Positions 1 through 7,524 of a DNA stretch of 17,192 bases are shown piece by piece. The stretch covers positions 1 through 17,192 of the forward strand of contig JBFWVI010000056.1 in the NCBI GenBank assembly GCA_050246815.1. The letters run 5' to 3'. This DNA is from Bdellovibrionales bacterium (GTDB lineage: Bacteria > Bdellovibrionota > Bdellovibrionia > Bdellovibrionales > UBA1609). The notes under the pieces are model-generated. The model saw only the letters and a program-made list of their open reading frames with translations. It was not told the DNA's origin and did not search any database. The number at the start of each line of letters is the position of its first letter. Within the stretch, counting starts at the first letter, position 1. Both the position numbers and the translations under genes were made by a program.

Positions 1-1
1 T

Positions 2-1678
2 GAAATTGAACAGGCTTCAGGCCAAAGTGTCGCTGAAATTTTCGCTCGTGAAGGTGAAGCCCGCTACCGTCAAATGGAACAAGAATGGTTGAATCGTTTG
101 GTGGCCAGGGCCAAGCCCTGGCAGGCCACCTGGATCGCCATCGGCGCGGGCTTTCAGGGCGAAATGCCTGACGGTGTCGAGGTGCTGTGGCTTCGTCGGC
201 CCAGCGACTCCACTGGCCGGATTTTTTTGAATCGGCCAGTTTTAAACCCGGCGCTCTCGCCCTTACAAGAATATTTTGTCCGTCACCGGGAGCGTGAGCC
301 TCGTTATGGGCAATGGGCCAGCCACGAATATATTCTGAGTGAGGGCTTTCTTAAGCCGTCGGCTTGGGAGGCACAAGCCTTGGGTTTTGCCCAGCAGCTA
401 CCCGCGACGGGTGGCATGGTCACCTTGACTCAAGATTACTTTCGGACGCCAAGACCTGAAACGCAGATTGCTCGACTTTTAAAGTTAGGTCCTGACCGGT
501 TGGAGCTGCGCGAAGATCTGCTTGGTGCAGAACAACTGAAGCAGGCGCAAGAAAGTGTGCCCAAGAACAAGACGCTTTATAGTCTGCGCGCTTCAACGGT
601 TCGGCCTGCGACGCCGCCTGAAGTTCTGGTGGATTGGGCTCTGGAGCTGCCAGGGGCGCCCACTTTCGAGCCGTCAATTTTATCGCGCCACAAGCGACAG
701 GCAAATTTGGCGCGCACCTTGGCGGATTGGCCCGGTCAGTCGGGAGCTATTTTAAAACTTGCCGTCGAGATTGAAAATTTCGAAGAGCTTCAACAGGGAC
801 ATCTGTGGTGGTTGCAAGATCCCACCCGTCGCAGTTTTTTGCCGCATTCAAAGGACGGGCGCTGGCAATGGTATCGACAGTTGTTCGGGGGCCAGATGCC
901 GCTGGCTTTTTGGCGAGAGGGTTCGGGTTCAGCCAGTGATCAACCCACCTTGTTTGAATGGCTGCGCGTTCCAAAAAAATGGAATCAATTTGCGGCCATA
1001 TTGGGGTGGCCGGTCAGTCACAGCCACACACCAGCAGAGCAACAAGACTTTTTTATGGAGCACAAAATGCCCGTTGTGGCCGTGGGTGTTCCGCCTGAGC
1101 AGTGGAGCCAAGACACTTTGCGCATTTTGAGAGAAATGGGCTTAAGTGCAGCAGCTGTGACTGCACCTTTGAAAGAAGAAACTCTTAAACTGTGCGCCCA
1201 TCTTTCACCCCAAGCGGCCGATGTCAAAGCCGTGAACACCTTGCGCCATCATCGCGGCAAATGGCACGGACACAACACGGACTTAGACGGTTTTCGTCAA
1301 CTGCTTGAGTCTTTGCCGGCCGGGGAAGTCGCGGTGTGGGGCGGTGGCGGCACGCGCGCCATGATGAAAAGCGTTTTGCCTGAGGCGCAGTTTTGTTCCA
1401 TTCGCACGGGCGATGTGCAGGGCAAGAACCTGAAGGCCTCTGATCTTGCACCAAAAACTGTGATATGGGCGGTGGGGCGCAGTCGCTTTTTTGAACAAGA
1501 GCATTGGCCACCAAACACATGGCGGCCCACAGTGGTGATGGATTTAAATTACAGCAAAGATTCTCCGGGGCTTGAGTACGCCTTGAAGTGCAAAGCGAAC
1601 TATCTTGATGGTGGTGACATGTTTCGGGCTCAGGCACACGCGCAAAGGGAGTTTTGGCAGGGGAGTGATACAAAATGA
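2..1678 (+). CDS. aroE: Trifunctional shikimate kinase / type I 3-dehydroquinate dehydratase / shikimate dehydrogenase fusion (AroK-AroD-AroE), 5'-truncated by the window edge
   Basis: The frame is open from base 2 and reads EIEQASGQSVAEIFAREGEARYRQME, matching the shikimate kinase I-E-x3-G-x-S-[IV]-x-EIF-x3-GE-x2-[FY]R-x2-E motif; IAIGAG follows. The middle part has type I DHQase-like motifs ELRED, LYSLR, ILSRH, ILKLAV and SASDQP. The C-terminal part has shikimate dehydrogenase motifs ILGWPVSHSHTP, AVTAPLKE, AVNTL, NTDLDGF, VWGGGGT, DLNY and DMFRAQA. The stop overlaps the aroC start (ATGA). Confidence 0.88.
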   Translation, partial: EIEQASGQSVAEIFAREGEARYRQMEQEWLNRLVARAKPWQATWIAIGAGFQGEMPDGVEVLWLRRPSDSTGRIFLNRPVLNPALSPLQEYFVRHREREPRYGQWASHEYILSEGFLKPSAWEAQALGFAQQLPATGGMVTLTQDYFRTPRPETQIARLLKLGPDRLELREDLLGAEQLKQAQESVPKNKTLYSLRASTVRPATPPEVLVDWALELPGAPTFEPSILSRHKRQANLARTLADWPGQSGAILKLAVEIENFEELQQGHLWWLQDPTRRSFLPHSKDGRWQWYRQLFGGQMPLAFWREGSGSASDQPTLFEWLRVPKKWNQFAAILGWPVSHSHTPAEQQDFFMEHKMPVVAVGVPPEQWSQDTLRILREMGLSAAAVTAPLKEETLKLCAHLSPQAADVKAVNTLRHHRGKWHGHNTDLDGFRQLLESLPAGEVAVWGGGGTRAMMKSVLPEAQFCSIRTGDVQGKNLKASDLAPKTVIWAVGRSRFFEQEHWPPNTWRPTVVMDLNYSKDSPGLEYALKCKANYLDGGDMFRAQAHAQREFWQGSDTK

Positions 1679-2706
1679 ACAACACATTCGGTCGCTATTT
1701 TTCGATGCGAAGTTTTGGCGAAAGTCACGGCCCCGCCCTTGGTGTGGTGGTGGACGGCTGCCCCGCAGGGGTGAAGTGGGATCAGGATTTGTTATTGAAC
1801 AGTCTGGCGCGGCGGCGCCCGGGCCAATCTTCATTGGTCAGTGCCCGCCAAGAAGGTGATCAGCCCGAAGTTTTAAGCGGAGTGTACGAGGGCCAAACAT
1901 TGGGCACGCCGATTGCGATCATGGTGCGAAACCATGATGCCCGCCCAGAAGACTACGCCCAGATCGCAAAGCAGCCGCGCCTTGGCCATGCGGATGATGT
2001 GTGGCGCGACAAATTTGGCCATGCGGACCCGCGCGGTGGTGGACGCAGTTCCGGACGCGAGACCGTGGCGCGAGTGATGGCTGGGGCTGTGGCCCAAATG
2101 TTTTGCCAACAACTGCATCCTGAAATAAGAACCATCAGCTTTGCCCGCCAAATCGGGCCAATAGCAATGACAGCCGAAGACATCCAACAAGCCCAAGAAT
2201 CTTTGTTACATAAAAATTATTGGATGGATCAATTTGCCGCACGACTGCCTCATGAGCAAAAGGCCCAGGCTGTCGAACAACTTTTGAATTTGGCCAAACA
2301 AGAGGGCAAAAGCTATGGTGGCGTGGCGCAAACATGGATCAAGGGTGTGCCCCGCGGTTTAGGCCAGCCTGTTTTTCACAAATTAAAAAATGACCTGGCG
2401 GCCGCCGTCATGAGCGTTGGCGCCACCAGCGGGGTCAGTTTTGGTGATGGTTTTGCCGCCGCACAAAGTGAAGGCAGCGAGTATCACCGTGGCCAAGCTG
2501 ATTACGGCGGCCTGCGCGGCGGTTTGAGCACGGGTGAAGTGATTCGCTTTGAGGTGGCTTTCAAGCCGACGTCCAGTGTGCTGGACATTGCCAAACAAGG
2601 CCGTCATGACCCCTGTATCGTGCCGCGCGCGCTGCCGGTCATAGACGCCATGGTTTGGGTTGTCTTGGCCGATCATCTGCTGGCGCAGCGTTTGGATCGT
2701 GTTTAA
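1675..2706 (+). CDS. aroC: Chorismate synthase
   Basis: Motifs FGESHG, RRRPG, GGGRSSGRET and GRHDPC; 343 aa; ATGA overlap with the upstream shikimate gene. Confidence 0.97.
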   Translation: MNNTFGRYFSMRSFGESHGPALGVVVDGCPAGVKWDQDLLLNSLARRRPGQSSLVSARQEGDQPEVLSGVYEGQTLGTPIAIMVRNHDARPEDYAQIAKQPRLGHADDVWRDKFGHADPRGGGRSSGRETVARVMAGAVAQMFCQQLHPEIRTISFARQIGPIAMTAEDIQQAQESLLHKNYWMDQFAARLPHEQKAQAVEQLLNLAKQEGKSYGGVAQTWIKGVPRGLGQPVFHKLKNDLAAAVMSVGATSGVSFGDGFAAAQSEGSEYHRGQADYGGLRGGLSTGEVIRFEVAFKPTSSVLDIAKQGRHDPCIVPRALPVIDAMVWVVLADHLLAQRLDRV

Positions 2707-4334
2707 GCGTTGTTCAGCAGCCGTTGTTTTTTATCCAGATAATAATCCAGATTTCCATCGGTGACGATCAACTGGTGTTTGTCCAGCTCGAACACCTTGG
2801 TGGTGATGGCGCGCAAAAAATGGCGATCATGGCTGACGATCATGACGGTGCCATCGAAGCGTTTGATGGCCGAAAGCAAAATTTCGCGAGTGGCGATGTC
2901 CAAATGATTGGTGGGTTCGTCCAGCACCAAAAAATTCACGGGCTTCGACAAGATGGTGGCCAGCACCACCCGGCTTTTTTCGCCACCCGAAAGGACTTTG
3001 ATTTTTTTCTCGACCGAGTCGCCTGAAAATTTAAGCGACCCCAAAAGATTGCGCACATAACCCAAAGAGGCGGTGGGGATGCGCGAGTGAACTTCTTCTT
3101 GCACGGTGTTTTCAGGGTCCAATAAGTCCAACGAGTTTTGACTGAAATATCCCAGCACGGTGCTGGGGCCGATTTGCAGCTGGCCCTCGGTCTGTTCGGC
3201 TTGGCCCGAGACGATTTTAAGCAAGGTCGATTTGCCTGCGCCGTTCACGCCGACGACGGCCACGCGGTCCAAGCGCTTCACCAGGCCCGTGGCCCCTTTG
3301 AAAACCAAAGTTTCTTTGCCATCGTCGCGCTGCCAGACTTTGCCTAAGTTCGAAAATCGAACAACCTCGTCACCACCGCGAGGCGGAAGGGGCCACTCAA
3401 AATCCACGGTCTGTTCATCCGCCAAAACTTCGATGCGATCTATTTTTTCTAATTTTTTCACTCGCGATTGCACTTGTGCCGCGTGTGAGGCGCGCGCGGC
3501 AAAACGAGCAATGAATTCTTCTTCTTTAGCCAACATGTCTTCTTGGCGTTTGGCGGCGGCTTCTAATTGTTCGCGGCGCAAAGCGCGTTCACGTTCGTAG
3601 AAATCATAGTTGCCCGTGTAAGAGGTGATGGCTTGGTGCGAGACCTCGACGATTTTGTTCACAATGCGATTCATAAACTCGCGATCGTGACTGGTCATAA
3701 AAAGCGCACCTTTGTAATTCTTAAGCCAAGACTCAAGCCAGATGATCGATTCCAAATCCAGGTGGTTGGTGGGCTCGTCCATCAGCAGAACATCAGGGTT
3801 GTAGGCCAGGATTTTGGCCAGGGCGATACGCATCTTCCAGCCGCCGCTAAAGGTGCTGGTGTCGCGGTGATGATCCTCGGGCATGATGCCAAGGCCGGTG
3901 ATGATTTCGGCCGCGCGGGCTTCAATCTCGTACCCACCCAGGCGCTCATAGTCGGTTTGCGCTTCGCCGTATTGCTCAAGCACCTTGGTCATTTCGTCAT
4001 CTTCCAAAGGCTCACTTAAACGAGCTTCCAATTTCGCCAAAGTCTGTTGTGCTTTGGTCAATTCAGGGATGGCCGTTTTGACTTCTTCTAAAACACTGCG
4101 GCCGTGCATGTCTTCGATATCCTGAGCGAAGTAGCCGATCTTTGCTTGGGCGGGGCGGGTGACGGTGCCGTCATCGACGCGTTCTTCCCCAGAAAGGATG
4201 CGAAACAAAGTGGTTTTGCCATTGCCGTTGGGCCCGACCAAACCGATTTTTTCACCGGTGTTGATTTGAAAACTGCCGTTTTTAAATAGCAGCTTGGGGC
4301 CGTATTGCTTTGAAATATTGCTGACGTGAATCAT
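2703..4334 (-). CDS. ABC-F family ATP-binding protein (ribosome-associated, two ABC domains, no membrane domain)
   Basis: Two ABC cassettes: GPNGNGKTT / FSGGW / LMDEPTNHLD / SHDR and GVNGAGKST / LSGGE / LDEPTNHLD / SHDR. A helical linker joins them (GNYDFY...QSRVKKLEK). No hydrophobic segments. Confidence 0.93.
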   Translation of the reverse strand: MIHVSNISKQYGPKLLFKNGSFQINTGEKIGLVGPNGNGKTTLFRILSGEERVDDGTVTRPAQAKIGYFAQDIEDMHGRSVLEEVKTAIPELTKAQQTLAKLEARLSEPLEDDEMTKVLEQYGEAQTDYERLGGYEIEARAAEIITGLGIMPEDHHRDTSTFSGGWKMRIALAKILAYNPDVLLMDEPTNHLDLESIIWLESWLKNYKGALFMTSHDREFMNRIVNKIVEVSHQAITSYTGNYDFYERERALRREQLEAAAKRQEDMLAKEEEFIARFAARASHAAQVQSRVKKLEKIDRIEVLADEQTVDFEWPLPPRGGDEVVRFSNLGKVWQRDDGKETLVFKGATGLVKRLDRVAVVGVNGAGKSTLLKIVSGQAEQTEGQLQIGPSTVLGYFSQNSLDLLDPENTVQEEVHSRIPTASLGYVRNLLGSLKFSGDSVEKKIKVLSGGEKSRVVLATILSKPVNFLVLDEPTNHLDIATREILLSAIKRFDGTVMIVSHDRHFLRAITTKVFELDKHQLIVTDGNLDYYLDKKQRLLNNA

Positions 4335-4358
4335 AAAGAAATCGCACCATACTGGACT

Positions 4359-5321
4359 TTAAAACCGCCCGCCAGCGAAAAATTGGCCCACCGGCAGGGT
4401 GGACCACATTTGGGTTTGACCCACTTTTGAGTATTGCGAATCGATCAACACTTTGACACCGGCCACGTACTCTTTGAAATTCCACCCGGTGGCCAGGTTT
4501 AAATTCCCCTTGGCCGCCAAACTTAAATGTTTGGTGTCGGGTCCATCGGACTTATCGATATGTTGAAACTGCAAGGCGGGGCTTAAGGCAAACTGAGCGG
4601 TCGCAAAAAAGCGTCCCCGGATAAAGGTGTAGCCATAACCCATACCGGCCCCAAGAGTGTCGAAACTGCCCGAGGAAAGGTTAGGTATTTCTTGTAAGCC
4701 ATTCGGGTCTGATCCCACGATGAATTTAGAGCCCAAATTCACCTGAAGATGGTTGTAAAAGTAAGTGTAAAGCGGGCTGCCACCACTTTTGGTTTGAAAT
4801 TCAGTCTGACTGAAGGCCGCCTTTAGACTGTAACTTTCAGGTTTTAAGGCATAATACCAATTCAAGCCCGCATTGCGCACCAAAGCGTCGGGCAGTTGCG
4901 GATAGCGGTCAGGGCGGTTACCTAATTCGGACCAGGGGCTGGCCACATAAAAACCGCGAAATTTTTGATAATACAAATCGGCGGCGTGTTGGCGCCAATA
5001 TTTATTCAAGACGATGCTCGTTTGAGTCGAGTCCCCGCGCCGCGTGCGTTCAGCCTCAGGCAGTGGCAGCGGTAAAACCAAAGTGGCGCCGATGTTTTTC
5101 CAAACCATACGTACGCCAATGCGCAGGTTGACGTTGGGCTGGTAGGCAACCCCCTTCACGGCAGGCGCGCCTAAATAAAAACTATAGTTTGGCCATTCCA
5201 CCAAGCTTTGAATGGACCACGGCTGTTCAATGGCTTCAAAGGTGGTTTCTTCCACCAAAGGCTCCAAAGCGATGGCCCCCAAAGGCAGGCCTAAACTCAT
5301 CAAAATTAACCAAAAACGCAT
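4359..5321 (-). CDS. DUF4421-like putative outer-membrane beta-barrel protein
   Basis: N-terminal signal peptide (MRFWLILMSLGLPLGAIA), alternating aromatic/glycine beta-strands and a C-terminal Phe (FFAGGRF). The segments YQKFRGFY, YSLKAAFSQTEFQTKSGGS and GMGYGYTF resemble my recollection of DUF4421 members; not verified by HMM. Confidence 0.7.
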   Translation of the reverse strand: MRFWLILMSLGLPLGAIALEPLVEETTFEAIEQPWSIQSLVEWPNYSFYLGAPAVKGVAYQPNVNLRIGVRMVWKNIGATLVLPLPLPEAERTRRGDSTQTSIVLNKYWRQHAADLYYQKFRGFYVASPWSELGNRPDRYPQLPDALVRNAGLNWYYALKPESYSLKAAFSQTEFQTKSGGSPLYTYFYNHLQVNLGSKFIVGSDPNGLQEIPNLSSGSFDTLGAGMGYGYTFIRGRFFATAQFALSPALQFQHIDKSDGPDTKHLSLAAKGNLNLATGWNFKEYVAGVKVLIDSQYSKVGQTQMWSTLPVGQFFAGGRF

Positions 5322-5530
5322 GGGTTTATTTTAAGCATGGGGCCTTGAATGGGGCGCAAATTCTGTTTGGGGTCGGTTTAAATTCACTTTAAACCGATTC
5401 ATTTTTACATGGTTAATGATCTAACCTATTGATCTGTCGGAGGATTCCAAATATTACAATCGACATCCAGACTTCTTTTGCGCTATGAGTCAAAAAACGG
5501 TCCATCACGCCGACTTAAAGGGTAGGGAAA

Positions 5531-6067
5531 ATGAGTCCACGTGCACTGCTAAAGATCGCCACTGTCTTATCAATTTTGTCACCTGCCGCGGCACTGGGTG
5601 ACCAGAGAAGTCGAAGCGGTCTGCCATCCGCGCCAGAGCCAGGCAAACCGTTTCAAGTGGCCGAGCAACTTGGAATGAAAAAAGGCTCAAAACAGGTAAA
5701 GCCAGCTGTTGCAGAAGCCCCGCGCGCATCACGAAAACCTGCTGCAAAAAAAGTAATCCGAGTGGTTCCGGCCGCGCCTGTTGTGGCGGCGACGGCCTGC
5801 GATCCGATTTTGACAACAGATGCGGCGTCAACGGTGGTGCAAACAACCGAAGCTGCTGAAGAAAGTTATGCGGGAGCGACCTATATTCTGGACACCAATA
5901 TTTTGATGAGCAATCCGGGCGCGATTTTTGGTTACGCTGGGGCACGAGTGGTGATTCCGGGGCAAGTGTTGCAGGAGCTGGATCAAAACAACCATGGCAC
6001 AAAAGTAGATGCTTCAACCAGAGCCAATATCCGACGGGCGAATCGGCTTTTGGTGACATTGGCGTGA
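5531..6067 (+). CDS. N-terminal fragment of the PIN-PhoH gene: signal peptide, Ala/Pro/Lys-rich linker and first half of the PIN domain
   Basis: Purine-rich AAAGGGTAGGGAAA before ATG 5531; signal-like MSPRALLKIATVLSILSPAAALG; PIN motifs DTN and ELD. Confidence 0.7.
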   Translation: MSPRALLKIATVLSILSPAAALGDQRSRSGLPSAPEPGKPFQVAEQLGMKKGSKQVKPAVAEAPRASRKPAAKKVIRVVPAAPVVAATACDPILTTDAASTVVQTTEAAEESYAGATYILDTNILMSNPGAIFGYAGARVVIPGQVLQELDQNNHGTKVDASTRANIRRANRLLVTLA

Positions 6068-6091
6068 AAAGCCGGCCCCTTTAAAGGCTCT

Positions 6092-7462
6092 GTGCAAGAG
6101 ATCTCCTTGCCCGAGATGCCAGGTACCATCATTGTTTTGGACATGCGCGACCATCTGAAAAATTATTTAAAAGACGCGTTGGATGACTCGTTGAACACTG
6201 AGAATCCGGATCACAAAATCATTGCAACCGCGCTCGCTTATCAAAAGGAAAAATCGGCCAAGTATCCTGGCCCCGTCGTTTTTGTAACGGCGGATGGCGT
6301 GGCCACGGTGACCGGCCTCTCGGTTGGGCTGCGAGTCGAGGGTTACGCGACGGAAAAAAACTACACGCGACAAGAATTAAGCAAGTTCTACACCGGCCGA
6401 ATGGCGGCCGAAATCAGCGTAGAACAATACAAAGCATTGGCAAATCGTCATGAATTGCCCCGGGCTGAGTTGGCCCGTATGCTGAACAACCAAAGACTGC
6501 GACTCTATCCAAATCAATTCGTGCTGTTTGTGACACCCGCCGACAACAAGGTCTATGAGACCTATTTGTACAAAAAAGGCCCGGCCTTGCCCGCCGACCA
6601 GCTGCTTGGATGTTACAACCCCCGAACTGACACGATCGAATTTGTTCCAGAATATCGCATGGATCAATTTGGTTTCGTGCCAAACACCGAGCAGCGTATG
6701 GAACTGTTTGCGGCCTTAAGCCCGCGCATTCGTGCGGTTCTGGTCACAGGTACGGCGGGAACGGGTAAGACGGCGATGGCTTTGGCCGCGGGAAGGACTC
6801 AGCTTGAGTCCTCGCCAGTTCAGCCAGAGCTTAGTCGCGAGCAGTATCAAGCGCTGGTGCTGACCAAAGCAGACGACATGGTCGGCAAGCGGGAAATTGG
6901 CTTTCTGCCTGGTGATGAGAACGAAAAAATGGGGCCGGTCTACGAATCTTACAATGATGCGTTGGCCTTCGTTATTGCCGCTTCGCGTGAGGCAACTTTT
7001 TTAAGAGCCCATCAAAAAGGCGAACGCGTGAAGGGGTTCTCGAAGCAGCAACATGTTGGCATCGACCGTTTTGTGACTGATTTCATCAATGGTCAATATG
7101 TCGAGATGAAGCATTTTGGATTTTTTCGAGGCCGAACATTTCATGATCGCTATGTCATTTTTGATGAGGCGCAAAATTTAGATTCGGGTGAAATGAAGAC
7201 TTTGGTGACCCGCATTGGCGAGGACTCCAAATTGATCGCCATGGGCGATGTCAATCAAATCGACGTCAGCGGTGGCACCGACACCAACAACGGCTTGTCG
7301 CATTTGATACGCATGCATCTTGAGCATTGGGATCGCACCATTGACCGAGGGGGGCCGTGGCCCGACGGCTCAGATCAGGTCGCGGTGGTGAGTCTGGTGC
7401 GCAGTATGCGCTCGACCTTGGTTGAACACATGACCAATCTTTACGAAAACGAAGACTATTAA
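6092..7462 (+). CDS. C-terminal fragment of the PIN-PhoH gene: second half of the PIN domain and PhoH-family ATPase
   Basis: Walker A GTAGTGKT, then IGFLPG..EKM.P, RGRTF, IFDEAQN, TRIGEDSK, GDVNQID and RSTL, the standard PhoH motif series. An independent start at GTG 6092 is uncertain. Confidence 0.85.
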   Translation: MQEISLPEMPGTIIVLDMRDHLKNYLKDALDDSLNTENPDHKIIATALAYQKEKSAKYPGPVVFVTADGVATVTGLSVGLRVEGYATEKNYTRQELSKFYTGRMAAEISVEQYKALANRHELPRAELARMLNNQRLRLYPNQFVLFVTPADNKVYETYLYKKGPALPADQLLGCYNPRTDTIEFVPEYRMDQFGFVPNTEQRMELFAALSPRIRAVLVTGTAGTGKTAMALAAGRTQLESSPVQPELSREQYQALVLTKADDMVGKREIGFLPGDENEKMGPVYESYNDALAFVIAASREATFLRAHQKGERVKGFSKQQHVGIDRFVTDFINGQYVEMKHFGFFRGRTFHDRYVIFDEAQNLDSGEMKTLVTRIGEDSKLIAMGDVNQIDVSGGTDTNNGLSHLIRMHLEHWDRTIDRGGPWPDGSDQVAVVSLVRSMRSTLVEHMTNLYENEDY

Positions 7463-7518
7463 CGGCGTTTCAATTTTTGGTTTTGCGGCTGTGCGCGGCT
7501 CCCGCAAATTGAAAGCCG
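7463..7518. terminator. Imperfect long hairpin between convergent PIN-PhoH and menG genes; probable bidirectional terminator or mRNA 3' stabiliser
   Basis: The left arm CGGC(G)TTTCAATT...TTGCGG pairs with the right arm CCGCAAATTGAAAGCCG. It fills nearly the whole 62-bp gap. There is no flanking U-tract. Confidence 0.55.
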
Positions 7519-7524
7519 CGACCC

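Larger units (their letters stand above)
5531..7462 (+). pseudogene. PIN-PhoH (PhoH2-like) gene with an N-terminal signal peptide, interrupted by one in-frame TGA at 6065-6067 (nonsense allele, sequence error or readthrough)
   Basis: ORFs 5531-6067 and 6092-7462 are in the same frame and are joined by TGA AAA GCC GGC CCC TTT AAA GGC TCT. PIN motifs lie on both sides of the stop: YILDTNIL and VVIPGQVLQELD before it, NPDHKIIATA and VFVTAD after it. Readthrough would give 643 residues. Confidence 0.7.

Noticed and set aside
74..76. ATG 74 as the start of the first gene
   Set aside because: The frame is open to the window edge and the shikimate kinase motif lies upstream of this ATG.
2703..4334. 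ABC transporter subunit or antibiotic-resistance ABC-F
   Set aside because: There is no permease nearby and the motifs are ABC-F type. Nothing visible supports a resistance subfamily, and assigning one needs an HMM.
5401..5460. Pho box or defined promoter upstream of the PIN-PhoH gene
   Set aside because: There are no 11-bp-periodic PhoB-type repeats. TTGATC and TACAAT are 20 nt apart, and the short GGTTA/TAACC inverted repeat is within chance expectation.
5505..6059. 184-aa antisense ORF and the many other short overlapping ORFs
   Set aside because: They are shadow frames of well-supported genes and show no recognisable motifs.
6065..6067. Genome-wide reassignment of TGA to Trp or Gly
   Set aside because: TGA is a true stop for the aro fusion, menD, menH, menA, menC and menG, several in ATGA/GTGA overlaps. 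The other genes have no internal TGA.
6065..6100. Selenocysteine codon with a SECIS element
   Set aside because: The position is in a variable stretch rather than a redox or Cys site, PIN domains are not known selenoproteins, and the downstream stem is only about 4 bp.
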